Positions 48,760 through 59,064 of a stretch of DNA of 64,000 nucleotides are shown one piece after another. A model generated the notes under the pieces. That model searched no databases. It was given only the letters and a program-made list of their open reading frames with translations, and was not told where the DNA came from. The stretch's first letter is position 1. Each line of letters begins with the position of its first letter. Position numbers and translations under genes: made by a program. Origin of the DNA: Polyangiaceae bacterium. Lineage in GTDB: Bacteria > Myxococcota_A > Polyangia > Polyangiales > Polyangiaceae. The stretch is taken from assembly GCA_965222375.1 (NCBI GenBank), contig CBDCTZ010000015.1, positions 960,001 to 1,024,000 of the forward strand, given 5' to 3'.

Positions 48760-49557
48760 TCAAAAAGACCAGCCGATGTTAAGATTCAGCAGCGGTCCGA
48801 AGCGGGAATCGCTTTCTTGAGCGGAATTACCTGAAGTGTCTTCCGCCTCGGCCTCGATCGCTAGATACTGCACGCCTCCTTGGGCCAGGAAGGTGAACCC
48901 ACCCGACGTAATCAGCTTGTAGCCAACGAAAGGTCCCACTGCGACGCCTTCCGCGACGCCACGGACCTCCGCATTGTCGAGTTCGTCCGTATCGACATTG
49001 ACGTAGAGCAGCTCTGCACCTGCGATCAGGCTTTGGAAGGCTTCCAAAGGGTACCAAGACAGTTGAGCGCCGAGTTCAAAAACCCGGAAACGCACGTCCT
49101 GCCCGCTGTCTTCAACTTTTGCGCTTCCGTAGCCCCCGAGCACGCTCACGCCAAAACCGTCCACGACACGAATCTCCACCATCGGCTCGAACACCGGCAG
49201 AATCAGGTGTATCGGTGACATCGTGAGGGATACGCTGCGCACCGGGTCGGGGGGAGCCGGAGGTGGACCCTGCGGTGGCGGGGGGTAGGCGTACGCAGGG
49301 GCAGGTGCGTATCCCGTTCCTTGCGGAGGGGGAGCCTGCGCTGGCGGAGCTGGCCCAGCTGGTTGCGTGGTCGGCGCGACCGGGGGCGGAGCGGGTGGCT
49401 CCGGGGCCGGCGCCGGCGCAGCCTCGACCGGTGGCATCTCCCCGGTGGGTGGTGCGTCCGGAGGCGGATCCGTCGCGGGTTGCGCAGCGCTGGCCCCCGC
49501 CCAAGAGGCGAAGCCAAGCGCCACGCTGATCGCGATCAGGCTACTTGCGCGAGGCAA
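48760..49557 (-). CDS. Pro-rich exported protein with C-terminal beta-barrel-like domain
   Basis: Signal peptide, Pro-rich linker, C-terminal LNLNIGWSF; start uncertain (TTG 49557). Confidence 0.6.
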   Translation of the reverse strand: MPRASSLIAISVALGFASWAGASAAQPATDPPPDAPPTGEMPPVEAAPAPAPEPPAPPPVAPTTQPAGPAPPAQAPPPQGTGYAPAPAYAYPPPPQGPPPAPPDPVRSVSLTMSPIHLILPVFEPMVEIRVVDGFGVSVLGGYGSAKVEDSGQDVRFRVFELGAQLSWYPLEAFQSLIAGAELLYVNVDTDELDNAEVRGVAEGVAVGPFVGYKLITSGGFTFLAQGGVQYLAIEAEAEDTSGNSAQESDSRFGPLLNLNIGWSF

Positions 49558-50266
49558 AGCTGGAGGTGTCGTCGCTACCCGCGGCGCTTTCGACGAGCTC
49601 GGCCTTGTAGATAATCTTTCCATCCTTGGTGATGACTTCGCCCGAAAGGTCCTTGCCGTCAACGCTGCGGCTCACGGCAAGCTCGTGGGTTTCATCCCCG
49701 ACGGAAACGCGATAGCGGGTTTTCTTGCAATCTTGCGCCTTGCCGGCAACTAGACATGTGCCGTTGCCGGCCTCAATCACGGCGTCGTTGCTGTCAGGCA
49801 CGAACAGCGTCCGGCTGATCATGGCCTCATAGGCCGCCGTGCTCGACGCCACTTCAGCGCCATCTTTGACTTCCCGAACTCGCAAGACACGGTCAGAAGC
49901 GATGTCGTGGGTGACCCGGAGCGTTTTCTCGCTCTTCCCGTCATCCAAGGTGTAGTCGATCACGATCAGACTACCCTTTTTGGCGCGGACTTCTTCGGTC
50001 AGGGACAGAGCCTGCTTGGTGAAGCTGCCAGAAAAACGGTGAACGGTGTAGTCGCCGACGCCCTTGTGAGCGAAGGGAGACAGGGATTCGCTTTCCTCGA
50101 AAGGCGAATCCGGCTCGAACTCGCTGGTGGCCAGTTCGGATTTGTCCTCGTCGTCCGACGATTTCACGTCGGCGGTGAGGGCCGTGTCTCGAGGACCGAT
50201 GGCATTTGCCCCGCATCCGATGGCGAATGCGGCGATGGACGAAAGGAGCAGGAGCTTGCTTCGCAT
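49541..50266 (-). CDS. Hypothetical lipoprotein
   Basis: MRSKLLLL...FAIGC lipobox. Confidence 0.65.
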   Translation of the reverse strand: MRSKLLLLSSIAAFAIGCGANAIGPRDTALTADVKSSDDEDKSELATSEFEPDSPFEESESLSPFAHKGVGDYTVHRFSGSFTKQALSLTEEVRAKKGSLIVIDYTLDDGKSEKTLRVTHDIASDRVLRVREVKDGAEVASSTAAYEAMISRTLFVPDSNDAVIEAGNGTCLVAGKAQDCKKTRYRVSVGDETHELAVSRSVDGKDLSGEVITKDGKIIYKAELVESAAGSDDTSSFASRK

Positions 50267-50323
50267 GTCGCGGTTTGGCCACAACCGCTGCGCTTTGGCC
50301 AAATTTGCGACGCCGGTTCCGAC

Positions 50324-53300
50324 TCAGTTCGTGACGACCTGGGTTCCAGGCGTCAGCTGCTCGTGCTCGTCTTGAGGCACGATGTCCAGCAGCCTCAGCT
50401 TCTTTGAAATCGTCTCCACGACGTCGGGATACTTCCGCGACAGAGCCGTTGCGCCGGTGGAAGCGGCAAAAGCGGTGGCCCAGCCGACCGGGCCGAGGGG
50501 TCGGCAACCGAAGAAGTGGCTAACCCCCGGGGTCTGAACCAGTACTGCCAAGGCGCCCATGCTCAGCGCGCTGGTCAGGATGACCGGGCGACTGTATCCC
50601 CCGGCGACCACGGTTTGACCGAGCTGGGTCCCCACCAGGGACAGCAGCCCCACGGTGCTTGCGCGCTCACGACCACCGAGCACCCTCGCTCCCAACCACG
50701 CAGCGCTCGCGCCGCCAGCAGTCACGACCGCCCGCGCGGCTACATCCCGGCGGAGAAGATGGGATAGGGACGCTTCAGGCCCTTCCTGAGCGAGGGCATC
50801 CAGGGTTTCCTGGGAGGGCGGCTGAAGGGCGACGGCCATGGCCGGCGCCACATCCGTCAGCAGGTTCACCAGTAGCAGCTGGCGGGCATTCAGGGGTGGG
50901 CGCCCGTCGACCAGACCGGCGCCGAGGGTGAAGCCGATCTCGCCTAGGTTTCCCCCGACCAAAATGGAGACGGCGTCGCGCACGGATCTCCAGACGGCAC
51001 GACCTTCCACGATGGCGTCGACGAGGGTTTCGATGCGTTCATCCGTCAGCACTACGTCCGCCGCGCCACGCGCGGCTGCGGTGCTGTTCTCGCCGATGGC
51101 AATACCGACGTTCGCGAGGCGAATGGCCGGTGCGTCGTTTGCCCCGTCGCCGACCATGGCCACGCACTTTCCCGCACGCTGCAATGCTCGCACCGCGCGG
51201 ACCTTTTGGGACGGCGTCAGACGCGCAAACACCGCGATTTTCGGAATCCGGTCATCGAGTTCCTCATCGGAAAGCCGCATCAATTCGGATCCGGTGAGAA
51301 TCTCTTTGTCACCCAACAGATTCAGTTCGCTGGCGATAGCCTCCGCCGTGCTTGGATGATCACCGGTGATCATCACCGTGCTCACGCCTATCTCCTTCAG
51401 ACGCGCTAGAGCGGCCGCGGCCGTTGGGCGAACAGGATCACTGAACGCAATGAACCCCATGAACGCCAGGCCCACGGGTCGATAAGGGTCGAGGCGATCT
51501 TCGGGTCCGACGGAGCGCTCCGCCACCGCCAAGACGCGGAGCCCACGCTTCGCAAGATCCGTCGCCGTCTTGGCAAGCTCCTCTGCCTCTCCGGCATCCA
51601 GAGGCTTGCGACTCCCACCTCTCATCCAGGCAGAGCACTGAGGCAACACGACCTCCGGCGCACCCTTCACGCTCAACCACGAGTCGTACTCCGCTGCGCC
51701 GAGGACAGCGTGGTAACCACGCCCCGCTTCGAAGGCGAGTTCCGAAACTCGATGCCAAGAATCGACGCCGTAAACATGCGTTATTATTAGCTTTTTGGTG
51801 GCGCGCTGCAGGGCGGCGTCGGTCGGATCGAAACTCTCGTTGGGACTTCTGGCATCGGGGGTGGCGCGCAGCGCTGCAGCAAGCACACGCAACCGCGCTC
51901 CCGAAATGTCATCGACCTGCTCCTCGCTGGCTCCGTCGGAAACACAACTGAGTTCGATGCGCCCCTGGGTGACCGTACCGGTCTTGTCCACGCACACCGT
52001 GTCGACTCGGCCCAAAGCTTCGACGCTGCGGTGGTTGCGCACCAGCGCGCCACGTTTGCTCAAGCGTTCTGCTGCCGAGAGCTGCGCTGCCGTGGCAATC
52101 AACGGCAAGCCTTCCGGGACCGAGGCAACCGCAAGGCTGACTCCAGCTGCGATCACATCGCTGAGCTTGCGCCCACGAATCAGCCCAACTCCCACCAGCC
52201 CCGCAGCGGCGCTCACAGCGACCGGAGCCGTGATGTCGACCAGGGATGAGAGACGCCGCTCCACGCCGCTATCTTGGGGATCGACCGCAGGAGCCGAACC
52301 GCTTCGGCGCGCCTCGGTTTGGTCACCGGCTGCGACGACAACCGCAGCTGCCCGGCCCGCTGCGATGCTCGTTCCCTCGAAGAGCATCGAGCTCCGGTCC
52401 GCAATCTCGTTCTCGAAAGACGGCTTGGCCGCCTTCGGCACCGGCAGGGATTCACCGGTCAAGCTGGAAGCATCCACCTCCAAGGACTCACTCTCGAGGA
52501 TCCGGCAATCCGCCGGCACGACCTCTCCGGGAGACAGGATCACGACATCGCCGCGGACGACTTCACTGACCGGAATGCGTCGGAGCTCACCCCCACGTCG
52601 CACGAGCGCCTTGCGAGTAGCCGTCCGAGAAAGCACGCGGATGGCGCGTTCGGTGCGAAAGCGTTGGACTCCACCGATGCTGGCGTTGAGCAGCACGACC
52701 GCACCCACCATGGCCGCGTCGCTCAAGGACCCAACGACGGCAGACAGCCCCGCGCCGGCAGCGAGCAACGGCGCAAGGGGGTTGAACAACTCGTCCGTAA
52801 CGTGATCGAAGAGTTCGACTGGCGCCGGACGCTTGGAGGGGGCGAGGGGGCGACGATCCCGAGCCTCTCCTCGGGTCAAGCCACGGGAAGAGCTGCCCAG
52901 GCGTTCCAGGACGCCATGTCCATCCAGGGCGTGCCAAGGGGTTCGATCCCGAGGTGCAGGAAGTACGCGGCGCTCCGACGTAGCGTTGGCTCGGGCTCCC
53001 GCGGCCATCGCCACCAAGGTGGCGGTGTTGACAACGGCAATAACGCGCCGGGTAGTCATCGGCACCACGCCGCCCGCAGAAATCAAGGTTCCGAACGTCG
53101 CTGCGCCCAACGCAACGTTCACACTCTGTTTTGAGACGCGACGCGCCGCCACGCATGCGTTCAAGACGAAACGCACATCCGTCAAATCCCTGGAACAGAT
53201 CAGATGAGCCCCCATGGGAGCGGGCTCCCCCTCTGCGATCAGGCCGATACCGCAATCCGCGGCCGATAGCGCTCGGGAGTCGGTGCCAGTCGCCACCAAC

Positions 53301-54757
53301 ATGACGGTGCGCCCTTCCCGCTGGAGGCGCCGAATCCCAGACTCGATCCCAGGACCGCCGGCAATGGCGTCATCGGCGTGAAAACGCGACAGCACGCCTT
53401 CATCGTCGGAGCCGATCACCACGCGCATGTCCGCTTCGTGTGCCGCAGCGATGAGCTCCTCGACGCCGGTTTGCGGGACGATTCGCAGCTCGACGATCGC
53501 CTGAGCGGCCCCATCTCGGGTCAGGGCCAAGGCTAGCGCGCCACGCTTGGCCAGTGCCTCGGAATGGGCGAGTAATTCATCGTCCAGTTCCGCTTCCACC
53601 AGCTTTGCGGGCCCAAGAGTCCACCCGTCCTCCCGCCTCACCTCGAGAGGGAGTTCGGGGTCGAGCAACGCCACCACCCGCTCCCGAGCTTCGGCGGTGG
53701 TGATGCTCGGTTTGGTGATGATCTCGCCGATCTCGAAGCGGTCTCGGGTGATCAGGCTGCCGGCGAGTACGATGCAATCAACCCGATCGAGTCGCCGCAA
53801 CACTTCTCCGTCTGAGACCAGCACGCGGCGCTTGGCCAAAGTCTGCGCCAGTGAAGAGGCGAATACGTCTCGCCCCAGTCGAGCTGGTTTGGGCAGGCCA
53901 CCAAAGAGCGCCGCCACCGCGCGCTGCACGTTCCGGGTCGTGATGAAGCTCACACCGAAACCCGCCAGCGAAACGAGCCACGCGCGGTCCGCATACTGTT
54001 CGATGGGCCCCGCGGACAGCGGCGCGGGCCGGGGCTCCGCCCGCTCGTCCTCAGGGATCCCGTGGCGATACAGCTCGGGTTCGCGAGATTCCCAGACCGC
54101 TCGCTGGGACTTGCTCTCCCGCATCAGGGTGGCCTTATGCGCGATATCGACCAAGGAGCTCACCGGGCGCTGAGCGAACGCGTTGGCTGCAGCAATGGCC
54201 GCGCCCAATCCCAAGTCCGTACGGTCGACGCCATATTTCTCGTCGGCACCTTGGCGCAGTCGAGGCGAACCGCGGAGCACAGAGCTGACCGCCCCAACCG
54301 TGCTGAACACCGAGGAGGGCTTTAGTGGAGTCGCACGCAGTGCACTGCCAATGACGAACCCCAGCACATCGGTGGTGAGCCCGACCAAGAGTTGCTTTTC
54401 GCGCTCGTCGTCCGCGGGGTGCCTCGCTTGCTCGTCGAAGCTGGCGCCATCCACGAAGATGCGTCGCTCACCCTCCTCCAGCACTCGAATCACATCCAGC
54501 TCGGTAACTTCGGCTCCGGACAGCTCGAACACGGCGCGGCGCGACACTCGGTCTAGCTTCACGCCTTCGGCCCATTTGGTACGTTTCACCAAGACCTCGA
54601 GCCGCTCGAGCAGCCGGTCCTCTTCTTCGTGGCTGAGCTGCTTGAACTCCGCGTAGGCGCGCTGCCCCCCGAGCCAGACGCGTCGCCGTCTCGGAGCGAA
54701 AGCCTCGCTCACCGCTCGAAACACTTCACGGACAGAGGGGCGGCTAGATTCGGTCAT
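50324..54757 (-). CDS. Very large cation-transporting P-type ATPase (CtpH/CtpI-like architecture)
   Basis: TGES, VPEGLP, DKTGT, KGAPE, TGD, GDGANDAPA in the C-half; about 600 aa degenerate N-terminal half. Confidence 0.88.
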   Translation of the reverse strand: MTESSRPSVREVFRAVSEAFAPRRRRVWLGGQRAYAEFKQLSHEEEDRLLERLEVLVKRTKWAEGVKLDRVSRRAVFELSGAEVTELDVIRVLEEGERRIFVDGASFDEQARHPADDEREKQLLVGLTTDVLGFVIGSALRATPLKPSSVFSTVGAVSSVLRGSPRLRQGADEKYGVDRTDLGLGAAIAAANAFAQRPVSSLVDIAHKATLMRESKSQRAVWESREPELYRHGIPEDERAEPRPAPLSAGPIEQYADRAWLVSLAGFGVSFITTRNVQRAVAALFGGLPKPARLGRDVFASSLAQTLAKRRVLVSDGEVLRRLDRVDCIVLAGSLITRDRFEIGEIITKPSITTAEARERVVALLDPELPLEVRREDGWTLGPAKLVEAELDDELLAHSEALAKRGALALALTRDGAAQAIVELRIVPQTGVEELIAAAHEADMRVVIGSDDEGVLSRFHADDAIAGGPGIESGIRRLQREGRTVMLVATGTDSRALSAADCGIGLIAEGEPAPMGAHLICSRDLTDVRFVLNACVAARRVSKQSVNVALGAATFGTLISAGGVVPMTTRRVIAVVNTATLVAMAAGARANATSERRVLPAPRDRTPWHALDGHGVLERLGSSSRGLTRGEARDRRPLAPSKRPAPVELFDHVTDELFNPLAPLLAAGAGLSAVVGSLSDAAMVGAVVLLNASIGGVQRFRTERAIRVLSRTATRKALVRRGGELRRIPVSEVVRGDVVILSPGEVVPADCRILESESLEVDASSLTGESLPVPKAAKPSFENEIADRSSMLFEGTSIAAGRAAAVVVAAGDQTEARRSGSAPAVDPQDSGVERRLSSLVDITAPVAVSAAAGLVGVGLIRGRKLSDVIAAGVSLAVASVPEGLPLIATAAQLSAAERLSKRGALVRNHRSVEALGRVDTVCVDKTGTVTQGRIELSCVSDGASEEQVDDISGARLRVLAAALRATPDARSPNESFDPTDAALQRATKKLIITHVYGVDSWHRVSELAFEAGRGYHAVLGAAEYDSWLSVKGAPEVVLPQCSAWMRGGSRKPLDAGEAEELAKTATDLAKRGLRVLAVAERSVGPEDRLDPYRPVGLAFMGFIAFSDPVRPTAAAALARLKEIGVSTVMITGDHPSTAEAIASELNLLGDKEILTGSELMRLSDEELDDRIPKIAVFARLTPSQKVRAVRALQRAGKCVAMVGDGANDAPAIRLANVGIAIGENSTAAARGAADVVLTDERIETLVDAIVEGRAVWRSVRDAVSILVGGNLGEIGFTLGAGLVDGRPPLNARQLLLVNLLTDVAPAMAVALQPPSQETLDALAQEGPEASLSHLLRRDVAARAVVTAGGASAAWLGARVLGGRERASTVGLLSLVGTQLGQTVVAGGYSRPVILTSALSMGALAVLVQTPGVSHFFGCRPLGPVGWATAFAASTGATALSRKYPDVVETISKKLRLLDIVPQDEHEQLTPGTQVVTN

Positions 54758-54790
54758 TGGGAAGGTGCTGAAACAAACAACAGCAAACGC

Positions 54791-55489
54791 TCACATCCCT
54801 TCTAATACACCATCCTCGCTAGCCGCGGCGGTTCTCTGCGCGGCCGCGTTCCCGGGAAAATCTGGTGCCAACATGCGCGATGAAAAGCCCGACATGGCGA
54901 CCGCAGGCCGAGGCAGGCGCCGGGCGCCTCGGAAGCTTTGCCAGGCATCACCACTGGCGGTGAAGCGCAAGACTCGCATGCTCGCCGGGGAAACCTGCGA
55001 CTGGAACTCTCCGCGGAAGCGCACGACGTTGCCATCAGGCGCTTGCAGCGTCGTCATCTTCGAACGCAGCCGACGAGACAGGGGCGCAACTCGGAATTTC
55101 AGGTCGAATCGCACGCCGTCTTCCGCTCTTATTTGCACCACGGCCCCAGTGCGCTCGAACGTCGCAAAACGCTTCGGCAAGCCCCAGATGCTGCGACCGG
55201 CAGCAAGGGAAGCGTCGTTGTCCACGTACATGGCGGAAACGTAGTAGCCCAGGGGGCGCGAGCGCCCGCGGGGGCGGACCATGCAGGGCATGTACGCCAG
55301 CTCACTGTAGGTAAGCACGCTGGGCTCCCGGTACTCCACGTAGGCGAGCAGCCCCGCCGCGTGACCTGCCCGCTGCACGATCTCGAACTCTGGCGGCACC
55401 GTGATGGTTCGCGCAGACGCGACCACAGGGCGCATCACGGCGAAACCGTGCATCTCCCAAGGAGGGTCGGGGTACTGCACTGGCTTCAC
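54791..55489 (-). CDS. Acetoacetate decarboxylase (ADC) family protein
   Basis: YPDPPW, LTYSEL, MYVDNDASLAAGRSIWGLPK; GTGA overlap with the ALDH gene. Confidence 0.8.
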   Translation of the reverse strand: MKPVQYPDPPWEMHGFAVMRPVVASARTITVPPEFEIVQRAGHAAGLLAYVEYREPSVLTYSELAYMPCMVRPRGRSRPLGYYVSAMYVDNDASLAAGRSIWGLPKRFATFERTGAVVQIRAEDGVRFDLKFRVAPLSRRLRSKMTTLQAPDGNVVRFRGEFQSQVSPASMRVLRFTASGDAWQSFRGARRLPRPAVAMSGFSSRMLAPDFPGNAAAQRTAAASEDGVLEGM

Positions 55490-56916
55490 ATGAGGCGCTT
55501 GACCCACTTCAGCTTGTCTTCGCCGTAGGGCGGGTAGCGCAGAGGCGGATCGACGCGAGTGGACTTGTCCAGCACGCTCTTGTGATGGCTGAAGGTATCA
55601 AAGCCGGTCTTGCCGTGATAGGCGCCCATGCCACTTTCCCCCACGCCACCAAAGGGCAACTCCGGCGGCGCGAGATGAGACACGCAGTCGTTCACGCAGG
55701 CACCTCCCGAACTCGTACGAGCGAGCACGCGGTCCGCGGTGCCCTGGTTCTTCGTGAATACGTAGAGCGCTAGGGGCTTCGGGCGTGCGGTCACAAAACG
55801 AATCGCGTCGTCCACGCTGGCGACGGTCATGGTCGGTAGGATGGGTCCGAAGATCTCGTCCGCCATTACCGGAGCATCAGGCTTCACATCCCGCAGCACG
55901 GTTGGCGCGATGTAGCGAGTGGAGCGATCCGTCCCCCCGCCGCTGACCGTGTCACCGCTGTCCAGCAGCTTGGAGAGCCGGTCGAAATGTCGTTCGTTGA
56001 CGATTCGAGCGTAGTCAGAGCTCGACTGAGGATCGCTGCCGTAGAAATCCCGAATGGTTTGGGAGATCTTGTCGAGCATCTGCTCGGCAATGCTCTCGTG
56101 CAACAAGAGGTAGTCTGGAGCGACGCAGGTTTGCCCTGCATTGAAGAACTTGCCCCACACGATGCGCTTCGCGGCGACGTCCAAGTCCACATCCGAGTCC
56201 ACGATGCAGGGGCTCTTGCCGCCGAGTTCCAGAGTCACCGGCGTCAGGTGCTTGGCCGCCGCGGTCATGACGATGCGGCCAACGGTTCCGTTGCCCGTGT
56301 AGAAGATGTGGTCGAAGCGCTGCTCGAGCAGAGTGGTGGTTTCGGGTACGCCGCCTTCGACGACGGCGTAGGCCGTGGCGTCCAAGTAGCGCGGGAGCAA
56401 CTTGGACAACGCGGCAGACGTTGCCGGCGCGACTTCACTCGGCTTGATGACCGCCGTGTTGCCCGCAGCGATCGCGGCGACGAGCGGGCCCACGGCCAGC
56501 TGGAACGGATAATTCCAGGGAGCGATGATCAGCACGACCCCAAGCGGCTCGGTGAGGATCATCGCCTTGGCAGGATGGATCGCCAGCGGCGCCTTCACAC
56601 GCTTGGGCTTGGCCCATCCGCGCAGGTGCTTGATGGTGTGACGGATCTCGTTGAGAACGAAGCCCGTTTCCCCCACGACCCCTTCGAAGCGACACTTGCC
56701 TAGATCGCTATGCAGAGCCTCGAGCAGCTCAGCTTCGTTGTCCGTAATCAAACGCTCCAGCTGCCGCAGCTCGCGCTCTCGCCAGTCCAAGGGGCGGGTC
56801 GCGCCGGAATCGAAAGTGTCACGTACGCGCTCGACGGTAGCGACGATGTCCTCATCGCTGGCCAAGCGTTTGGTGGTGGTTTGCCGGGCGGTCTCAACGT
56901 GGCTCGAAAGCGTCAT
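55486..56916 (-). CDS. Aldehyde dehydrogenase (ALDH3/CalB-like)
   Basis: PWNYP, KPSE, LELGGKSP, NAGQTCVAPDY, EIFGP, PFGGVGESG. Confidence 0.95.
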   Translation of the reverse strand: MTLSSHVETARQTTTKRLASDEDIVATVERVRDTFDSGATRPLDWRERELRQLERLITDNEAELLEALHSDLGKCRFEGVVGETGFVLNEIRHTIKHLRGWAKPKRVKAPLAIHPAKAMILTEPLGVVLIIAPWNYPFQLAVGPLVAAIAAGNTAVIKPSEVAPATSAALSKLLPRYLDATAYAVVEGGVPETTTLLEQRFDHIFYTGNGTVGRIVMTAAAKHLTPVTLELGGKSPCIVDSDVDLDVAAKRIVWGKFFNAGQTCVAPDYLLLHESIAEQMLDKISQTIRDFYGSDPQSSSDYARIVNERHFDRLSKLLDSGDTVSGGGTDRSTRYIAPTVLRDVKPDAPVMADEIFGPILPTMTVASVDDAIRFVTARPKPLALYVFTKNQGTADRVLARTSSGGACVNDCVSHLAPPELPFGGVGESGMGAYHGKTGFDTFSHHKSVLDKSTRVDPPLRYPPYGEDKLKWVKRLM

Positions 56917-56957
56917 GGGGCAATGATAGGGGCGATCGGCGCCCCCGCAACCCGGCC

Positions 56958-57467
56958 TCAGTCAGAAGAGAAAAGGCTGCGGAGATGAACTCGATTCAGG
57001 CAGCTAAATCGCTGCATTTGCAGGGAAACCAGGCGCTGCTCATAAATGCCCAATTGGAAGCAATCCGCGTCCGAGAGCGAAGCCAGGCCGGGGCCCTCCA
57101 GGTTGAGGGGACAAATGTCCCGTTGCTCGACGATGGTGCCTTCCTCGTCTTCTTCCAACCAGCGCAGGGGCAGCCCCTGAGTCCGACAGACGTAGGGTCG
57201 GCTTTCGTAGATCCGACAGCCACCGTTGGCATCGAGGAACGCGCAGCCGCCGCTCGGTGCGGGCTGCGACGAAGCCAGCAGCTCGGCATGGCGGTCCCGA
57301 ATGACCTCGGCCTCGACCTCGAACACGCTGAGGTCATCTGTGCAGCACTCGAAGCAGCCTCGCTTGCATTGCAGCCTCTCGCGATGCCGTTGGACGAGGG
57401 GTTGAAGCTCTCGGTCGACCTCGCGGTGTAGCTGTCTGATCGCGTCGAGACGCGCGGCGTGGTCCAT
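56958..57467 (-). CDS. YkgJ-family CxxCxxCC cysteine cluster protein
   Basis: CKRGCFECC, CAFLDANGGCRIYESRPYVCR. Confidence 0.85.
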   Translation of the reverse strand: MDHAARLDAIRQLHREVDRELQPLVQRHRERLQCKRGCFECCTDDLSVFEVEAEVIRDRHAELLASSQPAPSGGCAFLDANGGCRIYESRPYVCRTQGLPLRWLEEDEEGTIVEQRDICPLNLEGPGLASLSDADCFQLGIYEQRLVSLQMQRFSCLNRVHLRSLFSSD

Positions 57468-57541
57468 GACGCAGCGTCCCATGAGGCCGATCCTCCGGGC
57501 AAGCTGGACGAGGTTTGGACCGAAGCGTAACCTTGCAAAAA

Positions 57542-58159
57542 ATGCGATACTTGGGATGGACTCTTTTTCTGGGGCTCGGACTGGTCGTCGCCTGCGGTAG
57601 CAGCGACGACGCGCCCGCGAACTCGAATACCGGTGGCAGCAGCGGCTCAGCAGGCTCGGCAACGGGCGGCAGTAGTGGCAGCAGCTCCGGAGGCGCGGCG
57701 GGTTCCGGTGGCGGCACCGCCGGCTCGTCTGGCAGCGCCGGTTCTGCAGGCACCGCGGGCAAGGGAGGCACCGCGGGCAAGGGAGGCGCCGCGGGCAGTG
57801 CGGGCGCCGGCGGCGCGCCAGATCAGTGCAAGACCCCTGCTGACTGCCCGAAACCCGCTTGCTCTGGCACCAGCACCTGCTGGGAGAATTACTACACGTG
57901 TTCCGGAGGCAAGTGCTTCGGGATTTCGATGACAAAACTCGACTCCTTCTGCAACCCAGCCACCGGTCGGTGTGAGCTAGTCAAAGACAAGTGCGTGGTG
58001 GACTGCGACTGTCCTCAAGGTTTGATGTGCCTGAAGAACGCGTCTGGAGGCTCCTGCGTCAGCACGACGCCGCCGGTCTACTGTTGTAGCAAGAAGGGCT
58101 GCCCAGAAGGCCAAGCCTGCACGACCCAGGACGGCAAGACGAGCACTTGCGCCGGCTGA
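57542..58159 (+). CDS. Gly-linker, Cys-rich lipoprotein (copy 1)
   Basis: LVVAC lipobox, Gly/Ser tether, DQCKTPADCPKP...YCCSKKGCP disulfide-rich domain. Confidence 0.8.
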   Translation: MRYLGWTLFLGLGLVVACGSSDDAPANSNTGGSSGSAGSATGGSSGSSSGGAAGSGGGTAGSSGSAGSAGTAGKGGTAGKGGAAGSAGAGGAPDQCKTPADCPKPACSGTSTCWENYYTCSGGKCFGISMTKLDSFCNPATGRCELVKDKCVVDCDCPQGLMCLKNASGGSCVSTTPPVYCCSKKGCPEGQACTTQDGKTSTCAG

Positions 58160-58329
58160 CCCGGAAGGGTGGTTTCTTGGATCGCAACACTCGCTCGACC
58201 GCGGGCCACGGCTGCGGCTCGTTGTCGGATTACCTCCAGGCGCGCCGCGCAGGCCATGACACGGCGTCCCATGGGCAAAACCGAGACAGCCAACTGGACG
58301 AACTGCAGACCGGAGCGTAGTCTTGGGAA

Positions 58330-59010
58330 ATGCGATACTTGGGATGGACTCTTGTTCTGGGGCTGGGATTGGTCGCTGCATGTGGCAGCAGCGATGACTC
58401 CTCTACGAATACGAACACGGGGGGCAGCAGCGGTGCAGCTGGCTCGTCCGGCTCCGCGGGCTCCGCAACAGGCGGCAGCAGTGGCAGTAGTTCCGGAGGC
58501 ACCGCCGGCTCGAGCGGTGCCGCTGGCAGTTCTGGAAGCGCCGGTAAGGGCGGCGCGGCAGGAAGTGCGGGCAGCGCCGGAAGCGCGGGCAGCGCCGGCA
58601 AAGCGGGCGCCGGGGGCGCAAGTGGCGGCGCCGGGGGCGCAAGTGGCGGCACTGCCGGCACGGGCGGCACTTCGGATCAGTGCAAGACCCCCAAGGACTG
58701 CCCCAAACCGACCTGTTCGGGCGCGGGCGTCTGCACGCAGACGACCTACGAATGCACTTCCAACAAGTGCGTTCCCAAGAAGGTGCAAATGCCCAACTCG
58801 TCCTGCAACCCCGCCACGGGTCTGTGCGGTGGCCTCGCGGACAAGTGCAAGGTCAACTGCGATTGTCAGCAAGGCTTCACCTGCGTGAAGGGCCCCTCCG
58901 GCAACTCCTGCATCAGCGGCACCAAGCCGGCATACTGTTGCGCCAAGGCCGGTTGCCCCACCGGGCAAGCCTGTACGACAAAGGACGGCGGCAAGGGCAC
59001 CTGTCCCTAG
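58330..59010 (+). CDS. Gly-linker, Cys-rich lipoprotein (copy 2, tandem paralog)
   Basis: Near-identical signal peptide MRYLGWTL and the same Cys spacing as copy 1. Confidence 0.8.
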   Translation: MRYLGWTLVLGLGLVAACGSSDDSSTNTNTGGSSGAAGSSGSAGSATGGSSGSSSGGTAGSSGAAGSSGSAGKGGAAGSAGSAGSAGSAGKAGAGGASGGAGGASGGTAGTGGTSDQCKTPKDCPKPTCSGAGVCTQTTYECTSNKCVPKKVQMPNSSCNPATGLCGGLADKCKVNCDCQQGFTCVKGPSGNSCISGTKPAYCCAKAGCPTGQACTTKDGGKGTCP

Positions 59011-59064
59011 AGTTGCTCGTGAGACGCACGGCGCTCGGCGCCGTGCGTCTTCGTGCGGGCCAAA

